64,000 bases of DNA from Clostridiaceae bacterium (GTDB lineage: Bacteria > Bacillota > Clostridia > Saccharofermentanales > DTU023). The notes below the pieces were generated by a model. The model ran no database searches. It saw only the letters and a list, made by a program, of their open reading frames with translations, and was not told where the DNA came from. The position numbers and the translations under genes are program-made. Positions 1 through 8,190 of the stretch are shown here, piece after piece. The stretch's first letter is position 1, and every line of letters begins with the position of its first letter. Location of the stretch: assembly GCA_012519085.1 (NCBI GenBank), contig JAAYQX010000005.1, positions 596-64,595 of the forward strand. The letters run 5' to 3'.

Positions 1-1676
1 AAAGCGACCGCGCTTCCGTTTACGAGACCGGAATCCGCGGCGGCCCTTTCGTTCTCTTTTCCCTGCACTGACAGGCTGATGACCGTACCGTCTTCCGGTA
101 TCCCTGAGACGACCCCGTCCGATTCGGCGTAGAGAACCCCATCCTGATACAGACGAAACAGGGATTCCATTTGCGCTTCCAGCTGTTGCCTTCTTTTCAA
201 AAGAGTGTAGTAGATACTCGTTTGACCGACATAATCGAGTTTCAGAAGCGTATCGCCTTCTTCCACCAAAGAATTCTCTTCGACGGGAACGGAAGATACG
301 CTCCCGTAATATCCGGTTACTCTCAGTTCACTGTGTATATACAGGCTTCCTTTTCCAAGCTCCGTCCCGTCTTCCTTCCATACGGATACGGTATCTCCAT
401 AGCTCACCGATTCATCCGAGAGTGTAACGGTCAGAATCCCGTCTTCTTTTGCCGCAATCCGACCTGTTTCCTCCGTCCCGTCAGAAAGAGTAATCCTGAC
501 CGCATCCCCTACGGAAGCGCCGTCCTTCTCATCCAAATCTACGCCCATGAGTCCGTCCAAAGAAATCAGCATCAAACAACCATGTTCGGCTATGACATCT
601 GAAACGCTCTTTCCTTCCTGCGCATAGATCTTCTTGACCCGGCCGTTCACGGCAGCGGTAATCTTTTTATCTGCACTTTTGTCGGCTTCCTCAATCAGAT
701 CCGTATCGAGCTCGTCAATCACCTTTTGAAGTTCTGCGACGGCAACTCCGACAGAAGTCTGATCTACCGAAGCCAAAATGTCTCCCGCTTTAACTGTATC
801 GCCGTTGTTGACGTGATAAGCGGTTACAGTGACGCCGCCGGGTATACGAACTGATTTTGCTGCCTCCTCTGTCAACATGCCCGTTCCCGAAAGCACGGTG
901 GAAATCACGCCTTCTTCCGCGGCGGCAGATAGGACCTGTTCATTTACGGACACCGCTTCGACGTCGGTATTCTTTTGCGGTAACGATGCGATCGCGACTG
1001 CAACGGCGATGACGAGAATCATCGGTATAATCCAGTTTCCCTTCTTCCTTTTTTTCCCTGTGTTCTCATCATCATCCAAATCTTCATCCTCATCCGAATC
1101 CTCTTCCGATTCGGAAGCAGACCGCGAAACCTCGTCAGCCAACCTTCTTCTAACGCGGATATACAGAAACAGACAGATTACGTCCCCGATCGCACATATG
1201 ATCAGAATGGGAAGCCATGCCTTGCGGACGAGCGATAAAAAATCATTTCCGCCGCCGTTTGATTGCCCGTTTGTAAACGGAAATCTCCCCGTACTTCCGT
1301 CGGGGCGGGTAATCCCTTCCCTTGTTTCTCCTTCCGGCATAGAGAAACCATCCGGCATCTGACCGTCAGGAGGAGTGAATCCTTCCGGCACCTGGCCGTC
1401 GGGAGGAGTGAATCCTTCCGGCATCTGGCCGTCGGGAGGAGTAAATCCATCCGGCATCTGACCGTCGGGAGGAGTAAATCCTTCCGGTACTTCCCCGCTT
1501 TCATTAAAACGATTGACGGAAGACGGATCGAAATTCGGAAAATCCCTTGAACTCCTTTCGGGAGTCAGAGCGAGATTCACCAAATCGAAGATCATCACGG
1601 ATGTAAAGAACACCATGAGGACGATATAGACAATCCCTCTGTTCTTTCTTGAGGAAGATATGTTTTGCTTTTTCAT
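1..1676 (-). CDS. HlyD/membrane-fusion-like efflux adaptor with an extra N-terminal 3-TM plus repeat module (3' end runs off the window)
   Basis: Absent from the ORF track because it has no in-window stop. My manual reverse-complement translation starts at ATG 1676..1674 (GGAGGTG at ~1683-1689, 17 nt after the FtsX gene stop) and stays open to position 1: MKKQNISSSRKNRGIVYIVLMVFF...EGFTPPDGQMPDGFTPPDGQMP...AWLPILIICAIGDVICLFLY...SESEEDSDEDEDLDDDE...NWIIPMILVIAVAVAIA...IPGGVTVTAYHVNNGDTVKAGDILASVD. The last stretch is a lipoyl-like hairpin typical of HlyD adaptors. I checked the frame at three points (1022, 1217, 815). Confidence 0.75.
   Translation of the reverse strand, partial: MKKQNISSSRKNRGIVYIVLMVFFTSVMIFDLVNLALTPERSSRDFPNFDPSSVNRFNESGEVPEGFTPPDGQMPDGFTPPDGQMPEGFTPPDGQVPEGFTPPDGQMPDGFSMPEGETREGITRPDGSTGRFPFTNGQSNGGGNDFLSLVRKAWLPILIICAIGDVICLFLYIRVRRRLADEVSRSASESEEDSDEDEDLDDDENTGKKRKKGNWIIPMILVIAVAVAIASLPQKNTDVEAVSVNEQVLSAAAEEGVISTVLSGTGMLTEEAAKSVRIPGGVTVTAYHVNNGDTVKAGDILASVDQTSVGVAVAELQKVIDELDTDLIEEADKSADKKITAAVNGRVKKIYAQEGKSVSDVIAEHGCLMLISLDGLMGVDLDEKDGASVGDAVRITLSDGTEETGRIAAKEDGILTVTLSDESVSYGDTVSVWKEDGTELGKGSLYIHSELRVTGYYGSVSSVPVEENSLVEEGDTLLKLDYVGQTSIYYTLLKRRQQLEAQMESLFRLYQDGVLYAESDGVVSGIPEDGTVISLSVQGKENERAAADSGLVNGSAVA
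1356..1487 (-). repeat. Four tandem 33-bp coding repeats (11-aa unit GFTPPDGQMP[D/E])
   Basis: Units at 1356-1388, 1389-1421, 1422-1454 and 1455-1487 differ at 1-4 positions, with a degenerate partial unit at 1331-1355. They lie in the loop between predicted TM1 and TM2 of the partial adaptor CDS. They also create the spurious ORFs 1202..1504(-) and 1263..1550(+). Confidence 0.9.
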
Positions 1677-1693
1677 TGATTGATTCACCTCCA

Positions 1694-2878
1694 TTAACCG
1701 CCATAGTGAAGCGCATCGATCGGCGCCATCTTTGCTGCTTTGTTCGCCGGATACAATCCGAATACGATCCCGATTACAAAACAGAATCCTACGGCGATCA
1801 ACACCACATTCCACTCCAAAGAGAACGACATACTGAGACTCGATACGACTACGGAAATAATCCGAAGCATCGCCCAAGAAAGAAATACACCAATGAGGCA
1901 GCCCAACATGCTGAGGACGACCGATTCCATCAGGAATTGCTGCAAAATAACTCTTCTCGAAGCCCCGATCGCTTTGCGAATTCCGATTTCCCGCGTCCGT
2001 TCCGTGACCGTGACCAGCATGATGTTCATAATCCCGATCCCGCCGACGACCAGAGAAATGCCCGCAATGCTGCCCAGCAGGATCGTCAGGTTAGAGGTCA
2101 CGCTGCTCATGGCATCCTCCAGCTCATCCCGCGTAGATATCGTAAACGCATCGTCGTCTTGATCGAATCTCTCCATCAGTAAAGAGGTCATCGCCGTTTC
2201 CGCCGTAGCCATATCCGTTTCGGCGCTGACAGAAAAACTCGTAATCGCAGACGATGTCTCGGAAGACAGGCGCATCAACGACGTGTACGGGATATATGCA
2301 ACGATGGAACCTCTGCCGAAGACCGCCGTCAAAGAATCTTCGTCGTCCTCTAAAAGACCGACAACCGTATATTTTACGCCGTCAATCGATACTTCTTCTC
2401 CGAGACAGTCCGTATAACCGATGAGTTCAGTCGCCGCCGTTTCATTGATGACGGCTACGTTCGTATGATTGTCCACATCGGAAGACTTAATAAATCTTCC
2501 TAAGAGAAGGGAAAGACCGTTGATCGTTTCGTAGGCAGGTGTCGTTCCGTATACGGTAACGGTATCACTGTTGCCCTCATACCTCGCCGTTGCGCTGATT
2601 TCACCGGACGGCGCAATGAGCCCGATTCCGTCTTCTTCCATCCACTCGTTCAGTGTATGAAGAGTGACCGGAGCCCCTTTGTCATCGGAAACTGTCACCG
2701 TGAGAAGGTTACTGCCCAGACCGGCAATGGAATCCGTCACCGAACCGGTAGCTCCGCTGACCAGACTCACCAAAATGACCAGCGCCATAACGCCGATGAT
2801 AATCCCCAACATCGTCAGAAAGGACCTGAATTTGTTCCCAGCTATCGATTTAAGTGCCATTTTTAACGATTGAATCAC
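1694..2878 (-). CDS. ABC transporter permease, MacB/FtsX family
   Basis: 394 aa. It has an N-terminal TM helix, a large extracytoplasmic domain (MacB_PCD-like) and a C-terminal FtsX-type 3-TM bundle (...ERTREIGIRKAIGASRRVILQQFLMES...). Its start overlaps the upstream ATPase stop by 4 bp. Confidence 0.9.
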   Translation of the reverse strand: MIQSLKMALKSIAGNKFRSFLTMLGIIIGVMALVILVSLVSGATGSVTDSIAGLGSNLLTVTVSDDKGAPVTLHTLNEWMEEDGIGLIAPSGEISATARYEGNSDTVTVYGTTPAYETINGLSLLLGRFIKSSDVDNHTNVAVINETAATELIGYTDCLGEEVSIDGVKYTVVGLLEDDEDSLTAVFGRGSIVAYIPYTSLMRLSSETSSAITSFSVSAETDMATAETAMTSLLMERFDQDDDAFTISTRDELEDAMSSVTSNLTILLGSIAGISLVVGGIGIMNIMLVTVTERTREIGIRKAIGASRRVILQQFLMESVVLSMLGCLIGVFLSWAMLRIISVVVSSLSMSFSLEWNVVLIAVGFCFVIGIVFGLYPANKAAKMAPIDALHYGG

Positions 2879-3546
2879 GCACCCACCTCCGACAGTTTTC
2901 CGTCCCGGATATTTACGATCCGCGATGCCTGTTCCGCAATCTCCCGGTCGTGTGTGATCAAAATGATCGTATTCCCCTGATCGTGCAGCTCACGGAAGAT
3001 GCCCATGATCTCATCCGTCGTTTTGGAATCCAGGTTTCCGGTCGGTTCGTCGCCTAAAATCAGAGACGGCCTTGTGACAATCGCACGTGCGATCGCTACC
3101 CTCTGCTGTTGCCCGCCCGAGAGCTCCGTCGGAAGGTGATCTGCCCATTTCGTCAGATTGACGCGTTCCAGCGCCTCCGCGACATGTGTTTTCCGTTCCG
3201 ATTTTCCGACCCCCTGATAAATGAGGGGCAGTTCCACATTCTCCATAGCCGTCAGTTTGTTGATCAGATTAAAACTTTGAAAAACAAACCCGATCTTTCT
3301 TTTTCGTATTTTAGCGAGCTCCGACTCCGAATAATCTTCAATCGGTATACCGTCCAGAAGATAGATACCGGAATCCGCGATGTCCAGGCATCCGATGATG
3401 TTCATAAGTGTGGATTTTCCGCTTCCGGAAGGACCGATAACGCTGACAAATTCCCCTTCATCGATATGAAGTGTCACTTTGTTCAGTGCGTAGACCTTAC
3501 CGGAACCGACCTGATAGACCCGGGAAACATTTTTTAAGTCGATCAT
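2875..3546 (-). CDS. ABC transporter ATP-binding protein (MacB/LolD/YknY type)
   Basis: 223 aa with Walker [10 protein letters not shown], signature [14 protein letters not shown] and Walker [13 protein letters not shown]. Confidence 0.95.
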   Translation of the reverse strand: MIDLKNVSRVYQVGSGKVYALNKVTLHIDEGEFVSVIGPSGSGKSTLMNIIGCLDIADSGIYLLDGIPIEDYSESELAKIRKRKIGFVFQSFNLINKLTAMENVELPLIYQGVGKSERKTHVAEALERVNLTKWADHLPTELSGGQQQRVAIARAIVTRPSLILGDEPTGNLDSKTTDEIMGIFRELHDQGNTIILITHDREIAEQASRIVNIRDGKLSEVGA

Positions 3547-3559
3547 GGTGTCCGCCCCC

Positions 3560-5251
3560 TTAATTTCCCGGTAAGTTCGTCCAGCCGGAACTTCCAGGCA
3601 TATTTCTGTCGCCCGGCATGTTCCCGGGCATATTGTCTACCGGCATTCCGCCGCCCGGCATACCACCGCCCGGCATACCGAAGTTGAAATTCCCGAAGTT
3701 GTTGTTTCGCGACTCCGTGTAGTAGACCGTATCGCCTTCCGAAAGTCCCTCCAATATCTCCACGTAACTGCCGTTGGAAAGGCCGATCGTCACTTCCGTC
3801 ATGCCTCCGAGCTCGCCGGTAGACTCATCTCGAGAGGTATACACATAAGCGGAAGCGCTGGTCTTTCTGACAGCATCATCCGGCAAAAGCAGTGCATTAT
3901 CCACGCCCTTGATCACGACGGACACGGAAGCAGTCATGCCGGCAAGCATTTTCTCCGCTCTATCCAGAGTTACGGTGGCCGTGTATGTCGTCACTCCACC
4001 GGAGCCGGACGCGGAAGACGTGTCGATCTCCGTAACCTTTCCTGTATACGTATCGTCTCCGATCGACTCGACACTGACCGAAACCTCCTGACCGATCTCG
4101 AGAGAAAGAACATCCGTTTCGTCTACGCTTATCGAGACGGTCATGCTCTTTCCGGGATCGATAGAGAGCAGCGCCGATTCTTCCTGCGCAGAACCGGTCT
4201 CCGTTTCGCCGGAAAACGCGGCCTCGGAACCGGAGCTGTTGAGGACCTCAGCTTCCGAAGAATTCTCATCGTAAGAAACGGTGTCAATAATCCCGGAGAG
4301 CGGTGCCGTAATCGCTCCGCTCCGATAGAGCTTTACAAGTGTTTGCAATCTTTCTTCCAGATCCGCACGCTGCTTCAGCAAGCTGTCATAATTTGCGGAA
4401 TATGAGGTATCCGTCAGCTTAATCAGCGTAGAAGACGCTCTGACAGAGCTGTTTTCGGACACCTTTACGGAATCTACCGTTCCGGCATATCCCGTGATTT
4501 TAAGCTCCTCATGGATATACAGCGTTCCGCTGTCGGAATCACCTACGGTCACGGTATCTCCGTAAACAGGCCCGTCATCCCCGATCAAAACCGTCGTTTT
4601 TTCCGCCGTTACCTTATCCACGGTTCCGGTATACGTATTTCCGCTTGAATCGGTCACGCTAACCGAATCTCCGATACTGTAAGCAGTAGAGTCCAGATTC
4701 ACCGCCATATATCCGTCCAGAGACAGCAGGATGAGGGCGCCGTTTTCATACATGACGGATGAAACATCGTCACCTTCCTCCGCAAAGACCGCTTTGACGC
4801 GCCCTTTCAAAGGGGTCTTGATTTTTGAATTCACTTTATTGTCACTGACATCCGCAAGCTGTTCGCCCAGCTCATCCAATTCTTTTTGGGTATCCGACAA
4901 TGCCGACAAAACGGAAGAGGCTTCCACGGAAGCCAAAATATCGCCTTCCTTCACAGAATCTCCCGCTTCCGGATATATTTTTTTAATTTCCACGCCGGCA
5001 GGAATCATAACATCCGTGATCCCGTCGCTGACAAGAGCCCCCGATCCGGAAACGGTGGTGCGTATGCTGCCCGTAGTGACCTCGGCACTCAGAATCTCCT
5101 GTTCAGCGGACGCAAAATTCTCGCGAACCTGCTTCTGAAAAAACATAACCGCGACAATCAACAGCAGAATGACGACAGCGACGATGCTGATCCCGATACG
5201 GATACTTCGATTCCTGCGCTCTGCCTTCGACAGTCTTTTAGTCCTACTCAT
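3560..5251 (-). CDS. HlyD-family efflux adaptor (YknX/MacA-like) with a Met-Pro-Gly repeat tail
   Basis: The track ORF is 3560..5257. I prefer the ATG at 5251 because AAGGAGGA sits directly against the first ATG. The protein has an N-terminal TM anchor (IGISIVAVVILLLIVAVMFF), a lipoyl motif (VKEGDILASVE), coiled-coil stretches and a C-terminal tail FGMPGGGMPGGGMPVDNMPGNMPGDRNMPG. Confidence 0.88.
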   Translation of the reverse strand: MSRTKRLSKAERRNRSIRIGISIVAVVILLLIVAVMFFQKQVRENFASAEQEILSAEVTTGSIRTTVSGSGALVSDGITDVMIPAGVEIKKIYPEAGDSVKEGDILASVEASSVLSALSDTQKELDELGEQLADVSDNKVNSKIKTPLKGRVKAVFAEEGDDVSSVMYENGALILLSLDGYMAVNLDSTAYSIGDSVSVTDSSGNTYTGTVDKVTAEKTTVLIGDDGPVYGDTVTVGDSDSGTLYIHEELKITGYAGTVDSVKVSENSSVRASSTLIKLTDTSYSANYDSLLKQRADLEERLQTLVKLYRSGAITAPLSGIIDTVSYDENSSEAEVLNSSGSEAAFSGETETGSAQEESALLSIDPGKSMTVSISVDETDVLSLEIGQEVSVSVESIGDDTYTGKVTEIDTSSASGSGGVTTYTATVTLDRAEKMLAGMTASVSVVIKGVDNALLLPDDAVRKTSASAYVYTSRDESTGELGGMTEVTIGLSNGSYVEILEGLSEGDTVYYTESRNNNFGNFNFGMPGGGMPGGGMPVDNMPGNMPGDRNMPGSSGWTNLPGN

Positions 5252-5284
5252 AATCATTCCTCCTTTTCCCTCTGAATCGGCTTC

Positions 5285-5318
5285 ATTATAAAAAGCGAGG
5301 CTAAAGGTAGCCTAAAGG
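5285..5318 (-). promoter_or_regulatory. Putative response-regulator-dependent promoter of the efflux operon (two CTTTAG[G/C] boxes plus a -10)
   Basis: The minus strand reads CCTTTAGGctaCCTTTAGCctcgctttt-TATAAT. The boxes sit 11 bp apart, 9 nt separate the proximal box from the TATAAT (5285-5290), and there is no -35 hexamer. The RR gene promoter at 7556-7608 has the same geometry. Confidence 0.6.
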
Positions 5319-5630
5319 AACCCTGAGCAAAATTTAAAGACAACACTCACACAAAAAAGAAGCGTTCTCCGTAAGAAGGACGCCTCGTCGTAGAATCTTC
5401 ACTCATACGTTATAAAGACTTAATCGTTGTAAAGAATTAATATTCGTAGTAATGGCTTAATATTTGTAAAGACTTATTCGCTGTCTTATTCACTGTAATA
5501 ATCTATTTTGATATAAGGGTCAAAACCCGAAGTCAGCATTGCCGACCGCTATACGCAGTATGTTTTTTGAGGGTTTGAGCACTGTATGTTGTGGCTTGAG
5601 TGAACAACCGAAGCTTTTGCCCCTAACATT

Positions 5631-6854
5631 CTATTTTAAGATGACTCGAAAACCGATACGATCCGGCCCCGCTTTATATGCGCGAATCTCGCCATGATTT
5701 CTTTCTACGATGGCTTTGGCAATGGAAAGGCCGATCCCGAAACTGCCCGTAAAAGTCCGGGCCCTGTCCGCGCGATAAAAACGGTCAAACAGTTTATTTA
5801 ATTCTATATGATCCACTTCCGCAAATGTGTTTTCCATACAGATGACCGGATACCGCTTTGCGCTGACGGACAGAGAGATGTTTCCGCCCTCATTGCAATA
5901 TTTCAGTGCATTGTCCAGCAGGATGGAGATCACCTGCCGTATTTCAGATTCATCGCCGGTATAGAAAATCCCGGGCTGCACTTCCGCAAAGACGGGCTTT
6001 TTTCTTTCCTCTGCAATCGTCTGAAACTCGGAGACGGTATCGCTCACCGCGTCGCTGAGTGAAAACGTGACGGCATTCACTTCCGTATTCTCTTCGTCCA
6101 TACGGGTAAGCATCCCGAGCCGATTTATAAGAGCATTCATCCGTTCTCCCTCGGCACGGATGTCGTCTATCCATTCGTTCTTACCGATATCCGATTCGAT
6201 GATATCCAGATTGGCAAGGATGAGCGTTAGCGGCGTTTTCAATTCGTGATTGGCATCCGTAATAAACTGTTTCTGTTTTTCGTAACTCTTGGCAATCGGC
6301 TTCACACTGCGTTTTGAGAACAAGATGATGAGGACGAGAATTAGGGCGAGGCTGCACAGAAGGATGACCCCGACTGCCAACAGGAGCATTCTCGTAATAG
6401 AGCGGTTAATCGTCCCGTCGACAAATACGATGGTCTGTCCCCTGGACGTGTCCGATATTTTATAGCGGTATCTGTCGATCCATCCTCTTTCATTTCCCGA
6501 ACTTATCGCCTGTTCCGCATATTCCCGGGCGGTCTCTTCCGTTACTGACGCAATGAATTCCACATCTGAAGAAACGATACGTCCGAAAGAATCGTATCTG
6601 ACTATAAAAAAGCGGGTACTGAAAGGCGTCTCTTTCGTAATAAAGGGTGCAAACTCTCCGTCCGGCGGCGGGCTCATCTCATTAAAGGGCGGAAAGCGAC
6701 CGTCATTCGGAGAAATGACGTCTGTCAGCGTGTCCATTGTATCGTTTAATCTGTTTATACTTATTATGTAAATGCCGGCGTAGATGATAATAAAAACGAG
6801 GGTAACGGACAAACCGCTGATACGGATCAGACGTTTTCTTAATCTATATATCAT
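5631..6854 (-). CDS. Sensor histidine kinase (two TM helices, HisKA plus HATPase_c)
   Basis: 407 aa with H-box TDANHELKTPLT, N box LLDNALKY, a DRFYRAD motif and a GIGLSIAK G-box. Two predicted TM helices flank a ~120-aa extracytoplasmic loop. It overlaps the RR stop by 4 bp. Confidence 0.9.
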   Translation of the reverse strand: MIYRLRKRLIRISGLSVTLVFIIIYAGIYIISINRLNDTMDTLTDVISPNDGRFPPFNEMSPPPDGEFAPFITKETPFSTRFFIVRYDSFGRIVSSDVEFIASVTEETAREYAEQAISSGNERGWIDRYRYKISDTSRGQTIVFVDGTINRSITRMLLLAVGVILLCSLALILVLIILFSKRSVKPIAKSYEKQKQFITDANHELKTPLTLILANLDIIESDIGKNEWIDDIRAEGERMNALINRLGMLTRMDEENTEVNAVTFSLSDAVSDTVSEFQTIAEERKKPVFAEVQPGIFYTGDESEIRQVISILLDNALKYCNEGGNISLSVSAKRYPVICMENTFAEVDHIELNKLFDRFYRADRARTFTGSFGIGLSIAKAIVERNHGEIRAYKAGPDRIGFRVILK

Positions 6855-7525
6855 GGCTCGATATCCAATGCGTAACCGGCATTACGCACAAAACGTATTT
6901 TAACAGGGGCTTCCATAGCTTCCAGCTTCTTTCTTAAGTTGGAAATATGCACCCACACCACACTGGTGTCCACGCTCGTCTCCCATCCCCAGATGCGCGT
7001 AATAAATTGATCCGTAGTGATATGTATGCGGGGATTTTTCATCATCATCTCCAGCACCTGAAACTCCTTTCCGCTGAGATTCTGCTTCTGTGACCCGAAT
7101 GAGAGCTCATGCGTGGAACAATTTAACACGAGGTCGCCTATTTCCAAAAGATCAGGCGTATAATGATCTTTTCTTCGCAGCATAGCCCGCACCCGCGCCA
7201 GCAGTTCCGATGTGGAAAACGGCTTCGCCAGATAGTCGTCAGCGCCGGCATCGAGCCCTTCTACACGCTGCTCGACTTCCGTCCTCGCCGTCAAAAACAG
7301 CGCAGGTGTCGTAATATTCTTGCTTCGAAGTCTTTTCAATACCTCTATTCCGTCCACGCCGGGCATCATGATGTCCAACACCAGACCGTCGTATTCGCCG
7401 GATTCCGCATAGGTCAATGCTTCCGTACCGTTTGTGACTCCGTCAGCGGAAAAAGCATTCGTTTTTAAAATATGCAACAATGTCTTCAATAATCTCTCAT
7501 CGTCTTCCGCTACCAAAATACGCAT
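6851..7525 (-). CDS. OmpR/PhoB-family response regulator
   Basis: 224 aa with a receiver domain (MRILVAEDD...LVLDIMMPGVDG...KPF) and a winged-helix output domain (...VWVHISNLRKKLE...IRFVRNAGYAL). Confidence 0.93.
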   Translation of the reverse strand: MRILVAEDDERLLKTLLHILKTNAFSADGVTNGTEALTYAESGEYDGLVLDIMMPGVDGIEVLKRLRSKNITTPALFLTARTEVEQRVEGLDAGADDYLAKPFSTSELLARVRAMLRRKDHYTPDLLEIGDLVLNCSTHELSFGSQKQNLSGKEFQVLEMMMKNPRIHITTDQFITRIWGWETSVDTSVVWVHISNLRKKLEAMEAPVKIRFVRNAGYALDIEP

Positions 7526-7555
7526 GACATCCCTCCTATGCCCCTATTTTAATTC

Positions 7556-7608
7556 ATCATAGCTCTATGGCCTAAAGATTCCCTAAAGAAACTCTATCAT
7601 TCCTAAAG
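7556..7608 (-). promoter_or_regulatory. Putative autoregulatory promoter of the two-component operon (three TCTTTAGG boxes plus a -10)
   Basis: The minus strand reads aTCTTTAGGaatgatagagttTCTTTAGGgaaTCTTTAGGccatagagc-TATGAT. Box spacings are 20 and 11 bp, with 9 nt between the proximal box and the -10 (7556-7561). The distal pair belongs to a 20-bp direct repeat (cctaaaga[a/t]actctatcat). Confidence 0.6.
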
Positions 7609-7667
7609 ATACTCTATCATCGCGCTCTTTATAGCATCTATTAAGCGGTTAGGCACAAAACAAACCT

Positions 7668-7701
7668 TCCGTGGAGTATCTATTTCCGTTGAGTATCTAT
7701 T
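7668..7701. repeat. 17-bp tandem direct repeat (tccgtGgagtatctatt / tccgtTgagtatctatt)
   Basis: Two adjacent copies at 7668-7684 and 7685-7701 with one mismatch. They lie in the non-coding junction between the GC-rich block and the tRNA-Lys terminator. Confidence 0.85.
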
Positions 7702-7710
7702 ACCTACTAT

Positions 7711-7744
7711 AAAAAAAGAAAAAAACAGGGTGCACTGCACCCTG
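7711..7744 (-). terminator. Rho-independent terminator downstream of tRNA-Lys
   Basis: The minus strand reads CAGGGTGC-agt-GCACCCTG followed by tttttttcttttttt. Confidence 0.8.
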
Positions 7745-7751
7745 TTCTCTC

Positions 7752-7827
7752 TGGTACACCATCTGGGATTCGAACCCAGGACCCACTGATTAAGAGTCAG
7801 TTGCTCTGCCAGCTGAGCTAATGGTGC
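7752..7827 (-). tRNA. tRNA-Lys (anticodon CTT)
   Basis: The reverse complement GCACCATTAGCTCAGCTGGCAGAGCAACTGACTCTTAATCAGTGGGTCCTGGGTTCGAATCCCAGATGGTGTACCA folds by hand into a 76-nt cloverleaf. The anticodon loop is CT-CTT-AA, the T-loop is TTCGAAT and the CCA is encoded. Confidence 0.93.
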
Positions 7828-7839
7828 TTGAGCAAAGAC

Positions 7840-7868
7840 ATTATAGATTTTACGCCTGTCCTTGTCAA
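7840..7868 (-). promoter_or_regulatory. Consensus sigma-A promoter for tRNA-Lys
   Basis: The minus strand reads TTGACA-17 nt-TATAAT, about 12 nt upstream of the tRNA 5' end. Confidence 0.7.
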
Positions 7869-7913
7869 AATATTAATTTTCGTTAGTTAACCGTTAATTT
7901 ACATTGATTTGCG

Positions 7914-7942
7914 TTGACATTTTGACAGGTGCAGATTATGAT
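7914..7942 (+). promoter_or_regulatory. Sigma-A promoter of the thrS leader
   Basis: TTGACA (7914-7919), a 17-nt spacer, then TATGAT (7937-7942). Confidence 0.65.
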
Positions 7943-7944
7943 TC

Positions 7945-8166
7945 ATACATAAATGCGATGACGGAACGAGTAATCGGGGCACTGGTTGCCGAGAGAGAGT
8001 CTGCCGTGGCTGTGAGCAGCTCCTGCCAGTCCGATGAAAACCACTCCCGAGCAGGATGCGAAATAAGTATTCCCGTGAATCTGCGTCAATGATCTAATGA
8101 GTGAAAAACAAAGGTGGAACCGTGCTTAGCACCCTTTGTCCGAGTAAGAGGACAAAGGGTTTTCCT
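7945..8166 (+). promoter_or_regulatory. T-box leader (tRNA-Thr responsive, specifier ACC) with an intrinsic terminator
   Basis: It contains an AGTA box and a GAGAGAG bulge in stem I. The specifier loop is gatGAAaACCa (ACC at 8040-8042, followed by a purine). The T-box motif AAAGGTGGAACCGTG lies at ~8110-8124. The terminator is CCCTTTGTCC-gagtaaga-GGACAAAGGG-TTTT (8132-8163). It sits immediately upstream of thrS. Confidence 0.88.
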
Positions 8167-8190
8167 TTGTGGGATATGAGAGGAGAAGAA

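Noticed and set aside
171-2182. Plus-strand track ORFs 171..602, 829..1362, 1263..1550, 1649..2182 and 1740..2162, and minus-strand ORFs 1202..1504 and 1504..1716
   Set aside because: They overlap strongly supported minus-strand genes (the partial adaptor and the FtsX permease). They have low-complexity or Arg/Ser/Pro-rich translations with no recognisable motifs and lack RBSs. This is typical shadow-frame openness in GC-rich coding DNA. 1202..1504 and 1263..1550 are alternate-frame readings of the 33-bp repeats.
5500-5630. Short hairpin-like segments downstream of the histidine kinase stop (gggtcaaaaccc, gtcagcattgccgac) considered as a terminator or small RNA
   Set aside because: The stems are only 4-6 bp and are not followed by a proper T-tract on the relevant strand. 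I cannot support a terminator or ncRNA call by eye.
8101-8190. N-terminal 30 codons of the track's thrS ORF (MKNKGGTVLSTLCPSKRTKGFPLWDMRGEE)
   Set aside because: This stretch is the T-box motif and terminator hairpin of the leader RNA. A strong RBS and the canonical ThrRS N-terminus begin at 8191.
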